In this document: positions 50,811 to 61,785 of the stretch, in pieces
Layout of the letters: each line of letters begins with the position of its first letter
Position numbering within the stretch: the first letter of the stretch is position 1
From: Squalus acanthias
Taxonomy: Eukaryota
NCBI GenBank assembly: GCA_030390025.1
Contig: CM059432.1
Location: forward strand, 95,110,001-95,174,000
DNA: 64,000 bases
Direction of reading: 5' to 3'
Position numbers and translations under genes: made by a program
The notes under the pieces: model-generated
What the model saw: the letters and a program-made list of their open reading frames with translations, nothing else
Database searches by the model: none
What the model was told of the DNA's origin: nothing

Positions 50811-51964
50811 ATTTTAAATAAATCTGTTGGACTATAACCTGGTGTTGTGCGACTTCTCATTTTTGTCCACCCCAGTCCAACGCCGGCATCTCCATATCTT
50901 TAATTAGTGGACTCTTGTGAGAGTTGGCATAGCTGAGATTGCCTCTTTGTGATCAAACAGGTGATTCTGAGCTGGTTTGAGCATGTGAGAGAATGAATGA
51001 TTGATTATATATAAATAACATTGCTAGATAATGAAGGTAGACGTTAGAATATGTTCACGCATAGACTATGCATATAGCTGGAAAATAAGTGGAGCTGATA
51101 GTTGCAAGATATGCTGCATAAATGAAATGAAATGCTGTAAAAACCAGGAATCTTCTAGCCCGTGTCCCATTTTGACCATTTTTTGTACTGGCGAACTGGG
51201 AGTTTTGCATTGCATAAAAGAATCTAAACTTTCCAACTTTTTTTATAAATCCTTCTTCATTTCTAACTGACACTGAATCACTGGATCAATCTGAAACATC
51301 GACCAGAAAAAGGACATTTTCCTGCAAGTAAAGTGCACCTGGACTACAGGAAATCTTTCTATTTACAGTTTACCTTTGTTTTAATTAGCATTTCAAAAGG
51401 GGCACAACTCTATTAACATAGTATAATGGTCCATTCATACTGCAGATTTTGTTTTGATTTGATGCAAAAATCAGCACAGAATCTGGAAAATAGCTGCAAG
51501 ATAACTAATGATTTCAGGGGGATTTGGTTTAACAAAAGTGGTATGAGATAGTCCCGCAGCACTTTGAGGCCACTGCGCCAGCATAATTGCAACCAGTATG
51601 AAGCAAACTTAAAAAAATTCAAACTTTATTTTTAAACTTTGCAATGTTAGTCATCCGTTGATTGGTCAGCTCATCGGTAATGTTAAAAGTTTTACTGGTA
51701 TTTAGGTGTTTATGAGTACCTAGGTCCAAGTATAAAAATTCAGAGCTTCTATTTGCATAGTGGTGTGGAGCCAATAGTGTTACTCAATGCTGACAGCTTG
51801 CATGGGTCTTGAGCAGATACCATTATAAAGTCACTCGTTGCAGTATAATTGGGGCATAAATATCAATGGGTTTCCCCTTAATAGAATCCCCCTCCCTGCG
51901 TACTGGACTGCATGAAGTAATGTGAATTTAATGTATTACACTGCATTTTTAACCACACAGACAA

Positions 51965-52270
51965 TTCCAAACCTGTGACCTCTACCAGCTAGAAGGACAA
52001 GAGCAGCAGGTGTATGGGAATGCCATCAGCTCCAAGTTCCCCTCCAAGTCACACACCATCCCGACTTGGCCATACATCGCCGTTCCTTCATCGTCACTGG
52101 GTCAAAATCCTGGAACTCCCTACCTAACAGCGCTGTGGGAGCACCTTCACCACATGGACTGCAGCCATTCAAGAAGAAGGCTCACCATCACCTTCTAGGC
52201 AACTAGGGATGAGCAATAAAGGCTGGCCTTGCTAGCGACGCCCATATCAAGAGAATGAATAATAAACAAA
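51965..52270 (+). mobile_element. 3' end of the tRNA-headed LINE family
   Basis: Matches about 46590-46880. Confidence 0.8.
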
Positions 52271-53655
52271 AATCTCAAATGTCTTCTTCCTACTAACTTC
52301 AAGTGGTGAAGTTTCCTTAGATTCCAACCCTGGCAGGGCAGGCACATCAGTAATACTTTGCAACCCAGTATTCTGGATAATATATACCACTTGGGATTCT
52401 TCTGACCAGGAAACCTGTCCTCAATGAAGTTAGCAGCCAAGCAAGAAGGTAGGGAAAAAATAAAAGCTGGAATTAATTACAATGTAACTGCATACAATTC
52501 AGAACAAGTTTGTGTTCAGGAGAATAAAAAAAAATCAGATCAAGCATCTTTTTTAAAAGTTAAAAAGTTATCATAAATGAAATATTTAAGCATCAATTTA
52601 TGTAGATAAATAATGAAAATTTAAATGAATAAATTGTGAACCTAACAGTTTCTCCTAGTTACACAGTGAGGGAAATGTTTTGACTCATCTTCTTTCAGTA
52701 TAACTAAGTCTTCTTCCCCTTTATTGTTCTCTGTAAAATCAGCGTTGTGCTTAATCTTTTCTATTAATGTATATGGTATAAAATGGGCCTAAAATTTTCT
52801 CCTCAAAAGGATTCTAACTATTGCCTACTGGAAATGGAAATGACTATCACATTATATCTGACTATTAGAATAAAAGTTTAATATATTTGCAGTGTGACAG
52901 AGTTTCCTGTTTTTGTTGTAATTTTAAAATTTCTAAAATTTAAACAGAAGATGTTTTAAAGGCTTTTCCCAGAAGGACAGTGTTGTCCGAATTGGCGTGT
53001 TCAACATGATTTTTTTTAAATGGGCTGCGTCATAGACCTTGACATGTTATCTCCTGAAGGCAAAATACCCGGTGTTACAAAATTCAGTTAATATGTTGCT
53101 TCTGCAGTTGCAGTCTTGGAGTGTTTTGTATCAAATTAGTCCTCAATTCCTTGCATACTTGAGCAAAAAATCTGCACTTGTGTTTCAATATCTCAAGGCT
53201 GAGAATGGCCATGCGAACATAATGAGCACATTATTAGGAGAGCAATGTTCTTTGTGGACCTTGTAAATTTTAAATGATATGATGTTTCACAAGATAAGAC
53301 ACAAACATTTTGCAAATGCAAGTAAAAAGCAGGTACCAGTAAAAATATTATTCAATGATCCCTGATTATAAAATCCATTGACGTTGTAATTTCCCAATTT
53401 TAATCATTTAATCTAGTCTCATAACTTACAAATGATAAATTTTCATGCTAATTATTCAGCATACATTAGATTAAAGGAGTTATGAATACAGCCCCACTAA
53501 GGCCATTTTAAATGAAGGAATTAATGGATTGCTTACTCTTATTATCCAGCAGCAGCACCTATTTTCAGGAAATGTATAAACCATGATCTTTAACTCAAAG
53601 TACAGATTACTGCTGGCTATACGTAGTACATAATCATATCGATATAGGATTAATT

Positions 53656-54735
53656 CCTATAACTCCTGCCCTCCACCCTATCACAGACCTTTCCCTTTTG
53701 ATCTTTTCCTACCCCCTTTTTCCTGGCTCTGCACTTGCTTAAAAGTTCTTCAACTCTAACATCTTCCAGTTCTGATCAAAGGTCATCAACCTGAAACATA
53801 GGGCTGGATTTTCCAAGCCCCGAGGAGGCGGGCATGGAGGCGGGACAGCCGGTAAACTCGGAGAAAGTGGGGGCGGATGGCAAAGCCGCCCCCATCCCGC
53901 CTCCGTGCCCTTTTGCCAGGAGGCGGGAAGATGTGCAGCTTCGAGTCCCGTCTCCTGGAGGCGGAAAAGGCATTTAATCCTCTTAACTGCCTGTTAACAG
54001 CTAGTTAACAGGCAGAAAAAAGGATTAGTGCCATTTTACCTTCACAGGTGAAGGCTTCCCAACCTTGGAGAACCCTGCCGGGTTGGAGGAGACGTGGAGG
54101 AGGTCTGTGGTGGTCGGAGGCACCTGGAAGTAAGGTGTAGAGGTGAGTGATGGGTGCAAGTGTGGAGTGGTAAGTATGCAAGGTGAGTGATAAGTTTTAA
54201 AAAGTGTTCACTTACCTTGTTTTCTTCCTACAGCCTTTAGCCGCGGTGGATCGGGAGAGCCGACATCCTGCTTGTCAATTTCACAGAATGACTGTTGGAA
54301 CCTCCGTTCCAACAACCATGTGAAATTTACAAATTTGAAAGGTTTGATGAGTCCTGAACACAAGGACTCATCAAACTAAAGAGAATGTCAGTGTTTGACA
54401 GCTTCACAGAGCTGTCAAACGCTGACATTTCTTCTTTCAAGAAGTCTTGACAGATAGCACGTCTGATGTTGACGTGTTCTGTCAGTGACTTCCTCCCTAA
54501 TTGGCCTGCTGAGCCCGCAGGGCGGGCTTAACAAGCTCAATCAGGGGAAAATTCCTCTGGTTGGTCAGGTGAGGATGGAGGTGGGACATTGACACGCCTC
54601 CAACTCACCTCCATTCACAAAATCCAGCCCATTAACTCTGTTTCTCTCTCCACATATGCTGCCTGATCTACTGAGTGTTTCCAGCATTTTCTGTTTTTAC
54701 TTCAGATTTCCTGCATCTGCAGTATTTTGCTTTTG
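53656..54735 (+). mobile_element. PLE family P1 pLTR (longer, single orientation) interrupted by a MITE
   Basis: Pyrimidine-rich upstream part; degenerate core CTGATCA...GAAA at 53772-53796; resumes at 54631 with the P1 arm and tail. Confidence 0.75.
53801..54630. mobile_element. Harbinger-type MITE (family D)
   Basis: Perfect 12-bp TIR GGGCTGGATTTT/AAAATCCAGCCC; TSD ATA/ATT. Confidence 0.85.
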
Positions 54736-54904
54736 ATTACTTAATCATGCTGTGTGTTATTAGTAATGTACATGTTAATACATTCATTTTGCCTGTGTTT
54801 TATTTTCCTTCATAAAAAGTGCATATACTTTATAAAGTCTCTGTACAGTTTGTCACATGGTAGTTACAGAGGTATACGTTGATGCAACAGGGTAGTTGCC
54901 ATGT

Positions 54905-57600
54905 TTTGCTCACATTGGGAACAGCATGCAGTTTGAGGGGTCAGGATGATTTAATGACAGTCCATAAGGTTTGACTGAATAAGAAAGGTTCAAGGACCTT
55001 GTAAGTACCATAGTGGGCCTTGCCCTTTGTGGAGTACTGGTTGGGGGTTGGGGGGCGGGGGGGAGGGTAGCAGGTGTGGGGGGGGGGGGGATGTTGTTAT
55101 TAGTTTGCAATCCTTCTTTGACAGATGGCCTGAGCCTATCTGCGAGGACCCTAGTTCATGTGGGTTTCCAGGAATAGGTTAAAGATTGATTGCTATTTTC
55201 TGAGTTCCACATGTAGTACATACATGCCCCTTTTTGACTGCCATGTATCGCCTAGATGGTTCATCCACATATTTGCTGTAGGGAAGGTATTGCTCTGCGG
55301 TAATGGGATGATGCATCATCTTGCAGCTAGCAATGACAGTGATTAGTCTGTGTGTTGTGAGGGTGGGGGATCTCACTCCTCAGTGAGTATGCCCAGCAAT
55401 CATCTGCAGAGGCTTGTCGTACTCTTTGCGGCCTTCTGGATTGTTGCTCATAAATGTTGAATGGGGGAGGGGTAAGTGACGACAGGACCAGCACGTGTGC
55501 ACTAGTGTACACCTCTGGCTGCAGCCCTCCAGTAATTAACCCCAGGGAGGGATGGAATTTGTGTGGGGTGAGGTACACTTGATATGTTATCTTGGTCCCG
55601 TACATTCTGCTCCAGGTGATGGTTATGAGGATCTGCGTCCGTACTTCTTCCTATTCTTTCCCTGTTATCTGGCAGCCAAGGTATCACTCCCAGGAAACTT
55701 TCAGGCTTATGTGTTGTCTTTTAATCTGGATGCAATCATGGTAGAAAACGAGGGATTATATTGAGGAGGGGAAGTACAGTTCCAGGGAGTTTGGCTCATA
55801 TTGGAGTTATTCAAGTATGGTTAGGTGTGGGCAGAATTTTTTAATTTGGAGGTGGAGGAATAGGTCATGCTGGATGAAGTGGAATTTGCCTGCCTTCTGT
55901 CTACCTGTTGTTGCAAGACACAATCTGGCCTCTGTCAACGAGTTGACCTAGTCTGGTTTTGCAGATGATAGGGAGGGTGCCCATCTCCTCAAGGTGTGAA
56001 AGAGTTTCAGTTGGACAGGTGTCAGTTCTGGGAGCAGGGCCGTGAAAGTATCTGCTGGGTAGTCATTGGGTCCTGGCACTTTCATAGATTGGAGGTTTTC
56101 TACTAGCACTTGGATCTCCATGGCTGAGATTGGATAGCCCAATGTTTGTGCAACAAACATGTGTCTGTGCTTCTGCCTGGGTGAGGTGTGAAAGGGGGAG
56201 GTTGGTAAGATAGTGGAATGTTTTCTGTGGTAAGATCTGAGACTCTGAGGTGTATTGTGTGGTAAAAGAAACTGCAAGTTCTTTGTTGATTTTCCTGTGA
56301 TCAGAGGTTAGCTCACCATCTGCTTTCCTAACTGATGTGACATTCTGTTCTTTACCTACTGTTGCAGAGTGTAAGATAGCAGTTTTCCTGATTTGTTCCC
56401 CTGCTCATAGTATTTAACCTTGTTGTCTCGAAGGAGCTTTTCTGCTCCAATTGATAACAGATTATTCAGTTTATCTCTGTTCTGTATCAGGGCTCGTTCC
56501 TTGCTCTATGATCAGTGCCGGCTTTAGGTCCAAGTACTGGGGATGGGGCATCAAGGGTGACTAGTAAATGGTCAGAGATGACTGTGGGCCCAATCTGTTA
56601 ACTTGAGGTAGGTGCGTTGGCTTCAGAATCTAATGGGTAGATCTTGACTTTGTGAGATAGTGTAAAACTGGTGATAGCGAGTCGGCAGCCCGTTTTACAT
56701 CTCTCCGGATTTTGATTTCCGTTATAAAATTGGGAAAGATGTAAAATGGGCTAACAACTTACCGTCGCTCGTTTTACATTATCGTAAAGTCAGAAGCTAC
56801 CCCAAGTAGTTGATTCTAGAGTATGTTTTATGTGCGTTTGAGCAGAAGGTTAATCCCCTCACTGAGGGTACTTGGTTTCCCAGATATCTATCAGGACAAG
56901 GTTGTTACATTGCTCACAGATTATTCTGGCAGTTTGCCCTAAGTCTGCTGGGAGCTTGTCCAGCTGTGAATGGAGGGCACAGCTGAAGTCTTCTCACAAT
57001 CTCCATGTGGGGAACAAGTGAGAGAAATTCGAAAGTGGGGAATGTGGGAGGAATCCTCGTTTGGGGCATAGATAGTGAACAGCTCTCCCACTACCTGACC
57101 CATTACTAGGATAGAGTAGGATGGACAACTCCAGGCACTTGTTAATCAATATGTCCAGCCTTCTAGTCCTGCATGAATAGGTGGCTTCCATTGCTTGTCT
57201 TATGCAGCTCCTAGTGAGGTTGACATACTCTGAGCTAGTGAGGTGGGTCTCCTCCAGAAACTACCTCTCTGCCACCTCTTTCATGAGTTTAATCAGGATT
57301 TTCTTCTATTTGCTTGGCTGATTCAGGCCCTAAATATTTAAGGATATAATTTTGATTTCAGCCAAGGGGTAGGGCTGCTGTGTTCTGAACACAGTGGCCC
57401 GGAACTGCCCAGAGCTGTGGCTGGCGGTGAATGCTGTCTGCAGGTAGAGGGGTTGTTCCTGTTGGTTGCAGGAGCAGTCTCCCCCAGTGGGGACCCCAGG
57501 TATTAAGGTAGCCCCTTTCCTCCTCACTCTGTTGTGATACCATATGGAAGTGTTTTCCTTGAGGTTTATCACCGTGTTAATATGTACAACGATGTATATT
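54905..57600 (-). mobile_element. Degenerate L1/Tx1-clade LINE ORF2
   Basis: KIISLNI*GLN (EN start, near 57340), LEETH, ISDH, KVPGPNDY and SADD in colinear order. Confidence 0.68.
56634..56803. mobile_element. Short hairpin MITE (family C)
   Basis: Homologous to 43220-43371; GGGTAGATCTTGAC...GTCAGAAGCTACCCC. A degraded third copy lies near 31735-31850. Confidence 0.72.
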
Positions 57601-58030
57601 CCTTTTCCTTGGTACCATGTTTAATGTAGGTTCCCATTCCCCCTCCTATTCCTACCATCCATTCAAGATTCACTTCCTTCAAGGACCCGGGTCTCTAGCA
57701 CACAAGGCTCCATTGAACCTGTTATTGTTCTTAGACTTCGGATGATGGAGTGATCTCATCAGCCATGGTTGAAGTGGGCAACCCCTGGTCTCCAAGAAAT
57801 CACCTTCACACATTGTTCTGGCTAAACAATGCAGTTAATTTTATTTGTCGGAGATCATATCCAAATCCTTTCCATGGAAAAAAAATTGAAAATTCTGAAA
57901 CGTAACAAAGAAACAGAAGACATAAATTCAAATTAGTGAAAAATAGTTTTAAAGTAGGAATATTGAAGTGAATTTCTTTCCTCAAAGAGTGATAAATGTT
58001 CAAAGTAGGGCAATAAGGATTAAACATTAG

Positions 58031-59831
58031 GACCTAGAAATTAGATTGCATAGTACCCGTTGTTTGGGTGCTATGGGTCCTGTTTTGAGTTGAAAATGGG
58101 GTCCGAGCAGTGCACGCACAAGTCTGGTGCGGGCCACGCCGGATGCCAACTTGGTGAGGCTGGTAGCGTTGGTGCTGGAAGTGAGCGCCAGAAGTATGTA
58201 GAGTAGGTGCTGCCATTTTCATCTTCAACGCTGGAAGTAACGCCCTGTGTTAACTTCACACAGCTGAACCTGCATTCTGCAGCTGCAAGGACCCCCACCA
58301 GAGATATTTAAAGGGATCATCAACCACTCACAGGTCAGTTGCTGATTAATTTCTATTGGCTCTGTGTAAGTTTGTGGAAGTGTTTGCAGCTTTCTAGAGT
58401 TGTTTAAAGTTGGTGAGGTGACAGGGAGTGGTGCTGCAAGTGGAGAAGGCCTTGCTTCTGACTTCAAGGGTTCTGGTCAGACCACTTGCTCCCAGTCATG
58501 GGTGCTCTAGTTGTCATCCCTCTTGGCCTGCAGCATGACAGGGAGATGGAGCCAAGGCAGCAAAGAAGGGGACAAGCTGCTTACAGAGGGAGGAGGTGGA
58601 GGGGGAGAAGGGCTTTCAGCAGGAGGCCTTACCCACCTACAGTCTTCCGAGAGCAATTCTCTTACTTCAGCCTGAGCCAGGAGCAGTGTGTGAGGCGTCT
58701 GCATTTTACAAAGGAGGTGTTCACAGAACTCTGCCACCTCTTGCAACCAGACCTGCAGCCTCACACCAGGGCAAGGACAGCGCTGCCAGTGGCTGTGAAG
58801 GTGACCGTGGCCCTGAATTTCTTTGCGTAGGGATCCTTCCAGGCTGGAGCAGGTGACATCTGTAACATCTCCCATTTCGCCATCCACTGCTGCATAAGAG
58901 AGGTGACAGACGCTCTTTATGCCAGGAGAGGGACTTCATAGGCTTCTCTCTGACCAGAGAGAAGCAGGCGGAGTGTGCATGTGGCTTTGCCAGGATAGCG
59001 GGCTTCCCCATGGTGCAGGGCACCATCGACTGCACGCACATAGCTTTGCGGGCAAGGTATCTAAATGCTGAGATGTACCGCAACCGTAAAGGTTACCACT
59101 CATTGAATGTGCAGTTGGTGTACGACCATACTTAGCACATCATGATGGTGAATGCCCGGTATCCTGGCAGCAGTCATGATGCTTTTATTCTGCCCCAGTC
59201 CGCTGCTCCCACAGTCTTTGAGTCACCAAGACAAACCAGAGGCTGGCTACTGGGTGACAAGGACTATCTGCTGACCACTTGGCTCATGACCCCACTCCTT
59301 AACCCAACCACACGTGGACGGCATGTGTATGATGAAAGTCATGCTGCTACATGGAATTTGATAGAGCAGACCATTGGCGTTCTTAAACAACACTTCCACT
59401 GCCTGGACCGCTCTGGAGTAGTCTTGCAGTGCTCACCAGAATGTGTCTCAAGATTCGTCATGGTCTGCTGCATGCTCCACAACCTGGCCATCATGAGGGC
59501 CCAGCCCTTGCCACCAGGAATATGGCGACCAGCTGAGAAGTAGGAGGAAGCGGGAGAGGAGGAGGAGGAAAAGGAGAAGGAGAAAGAGGAGGATGTGGAA
59601 GAGAGAAGCAACCCAGACAGCCCCTTTCTGCCTGGGCTGTCCGTGATTGACTCATCCAACTGTTGTATGAGTGAACACAACCCCAATTTCCCAATCAACA
59701 ATAGTCCCACACCTTACCTTCCCTCTTACTTTCCCACATTACAACAGTGACTACACTCCAAAAGTACTTGTGGGTTGCTAGCGCTTTGCGATCCCTGCGC
59801 TTGTTTTCAGGAGCTAATGAATTTCTAGGCC
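58031..59831 (+). mobile_element. PIF/Harbinger transposon with both ends, transposase only
   Basis: TIR GACCTAGAAATT/AATTTCTAGGCC; TSD TAG/TAG. Confidence 0.9.
58498..59543 (+). pseudogene. Harbinger DDE transposase (HARBI1-like), disrupted
   Basis: VTVALNFFA* (stop 58828-58830), frameshift, IDCTH, YPGSSHDAFIL, LLGDKDY, IEQTIGVLK, CCMLHN; acidic tract follows. Confidence 0.9.
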
Positions 59832-59987
59832 TAGGGATATTCAACAAAAAGTTGGATGCTATAATGGGAGAGTTAGAGTACTGGAGGGATGAGCTTCCAT
59901 GGGTTAAATAATTTTTTTTCTCCTCTTTGACTTTTCTGTTCAGTAAATTTTGTTTTTCTGTAATTTCTGCTTGGTAATGTTTATGAA

Positions 59988-60783
59988 AGAAAGAAAGACT
60001 TGCATTTATATAGCGCCTTTCATAGAAACATAAACATAGAAACTAGGAGCAGGAGTAGGCTATTCGGCCCGTCAAGCCTGCTCCACCATTCAATACGATC
60101 ATGGCTGATCATCCAAATCCAGTACCCTGTCCCTGCTTTCTCACACAGAATCCCCACATCGAGCCTGCACCTATCCCACCCTATCCCCGTAACCCCACGT
60201 ATTTAATTCCCCCTAACATATCCCATCCTATCCCCATAACCCCACATATTTAATCCCCCCCTAACACTAAGGGTCAATTTATCATAGCCAAATCAACCTA
60301 ACCCGCACATTTTTGGACTGTGGGAGGAAACCGGAGCACCCGGAGGAAACCCACGCAGACAATGTGCAAACTCCACACAGACAGTTACCCGAGGTCAGAT
60401 TCGAACCCGGGTCCCTGGCGCTGTGAAGCACCAGTGCTAACCACTATGCCACCGTGTTGCCCGTGTTTCACGACCACCGGATGTCTCAAAGCGCTTTACA
60501 GTCAATGAAGTACTTTTGGAGTGTAGTCACTGTTGTAATGTAGGAAACGCGGCAGCCAATTTGCGCACAGCAAGCTCCCACAAACAGCAATGTGATAATG
60601 ACCAGATAATCTGTTTTTTGTTATGTTGATTGAGGGATAAATATTGGCCAGGACACCGGGGATAACTCCCTTGCTCTTCTTCAAAATAGTGCCATGGGAT
60701 CTTTTACGTCCACCTGAGAGAGCAGATGGGGCCTTGATTTAACCTTGGTTTAACGTCTCATCCGAAAGTCGGCACCTCCGACG
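59988..60783 (-). mobile_element. Deu-domain SINE interrupted by an HE1-type SINE
   Basis: TTGCATTTATATAGCGCCTTTCA|...|CGACCACCGGATGTCTCAAAGCGC; TTTCA duplicated around the insertion. Confidence 0.75.
60021..60462 (-). mobile_element. HE1-type V-SINE with CR1-derived 3' tail
   Basis: tRNA head (TGGCATAGTGG, GGTTCGAATC); V-domain TGTGGGAGGAAACCGGAGCACCCGGAGGAAACCCACGCA; tail closely matches 34505-34630. Confidence 0.8.
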
Positions 60784-60839
60784 TATGGGTTAAGTATCTC
60801 ATTTTCTGGCTGTTTAATACTTAACTTTGATTATGAATT

Positions 60840-61420
60840 GATTGCCAAAATTGCTCACTTCCCCAGAATCATCCTGGAATGTAAAGATAACCCATGGCTT
60901 CTTTTCTCCACTACAAACTATCTCTTTAAACCCCTCTCCCTTGCCCCCTCCACCGTCACCTCCGACAACAGGTGCGAGGAGCTCATGGACTTCTTTGTCA
61001 CTAAGATTGACATCATCCATTCAGCTGCCTCTGCTGCTTCCCTCCCTTCCCCTTGCCCATCCAGCTAAGCTTCCCCAAAAGTTCCCCTTGCCCTGGCCCT
61101 GAAATCCTTGAATGTGTTGTTGGGTCCCAAATGCGTGCCAATCGTTGTCGCAACAGCATGTTTGAACCTTTCCAATCAGATTTCCGCCTCTGCCACAGCA
61201 CTGAAATGACCTTAATCAAAGTCACAAGTCTGTCACTCTGACCATGTTGCACTATCGCTCCTCATCCTTCTCAGCCTGACATGGTTGACCACACCATACT
61301 CCTCCAATGCTTCTCCTCCGTTGTCCAGCTGAGTGGCCCTAGCCTGGTTCCACTCTTACCTATCCAATCATACCCAGAGAATCTCCTGCAATGGCTTACC
61401 TCTGGAGTCTCCCAGTGATA
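60840..61420 (+). mobile_element. Degenerate, internally deleted L2 fragment
   Basis: FEPFQSDFRLCHSTEMTLIKVT (QSGFR..HSTETAL-like). Confidence 0.65.
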
Positions 61421-61439
61421 ATTAACCACTGGTAGTAAG

Positions 61440-61785
61440 TTTAGATGGCTTCTGTTACAATTTGCAGCATGTCTGTATGTACTATCCTCAGAATGCACCA
61501 GGCTTACTTTGACAGCAGTTCCAAGCCCTGTGACCTCTACCACTAAGAAAGACAAGAGCAGAAATATCCACGTTCCTCACCTCATCACACACCATCCAGA
61601 CTTGTAGGTACATCACCTTTCCTTCATCATTGCTAGATTAAAATCCTGGAAATCCCTACCATAACATTATCATGGGAGCACCATCACCTTGAGGAATGCA
61701 GGGATTCCAGGAAAAGATTCATCGCCACCTTCTCAGGCCAACTAAGGATTGGCAATAAATGCGGCCTTGCCAGCATTGCCCACAC
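61440..61785 (+). mobile_element. Degenerate 3' end of the tRNA-headed LINE family
   Basis: AAAATCCTGGAA...GGCAATAAATGCGGCCTTGCCAGC. Confidence 0.65.

Larger units (their letters stand above)
50000..50894 (+). mobile_element. PLE family P2 insertion: inverted pLTR + ORF end + pLTR + tail
   Basis: 415-bp arms at 49999-50413 and 50446-50860, 32-nt spacer, 34-nt tail; TATCTTTAATTA duplicated at 49988-49999 and 50895-50906. Confidence 0.9.

Noticed and set aside
53039..53266. 75-aa ORF in unique DNA as a coding exon
   Set aside because: Weak donor (GTAAAT) and no recognisable homology.
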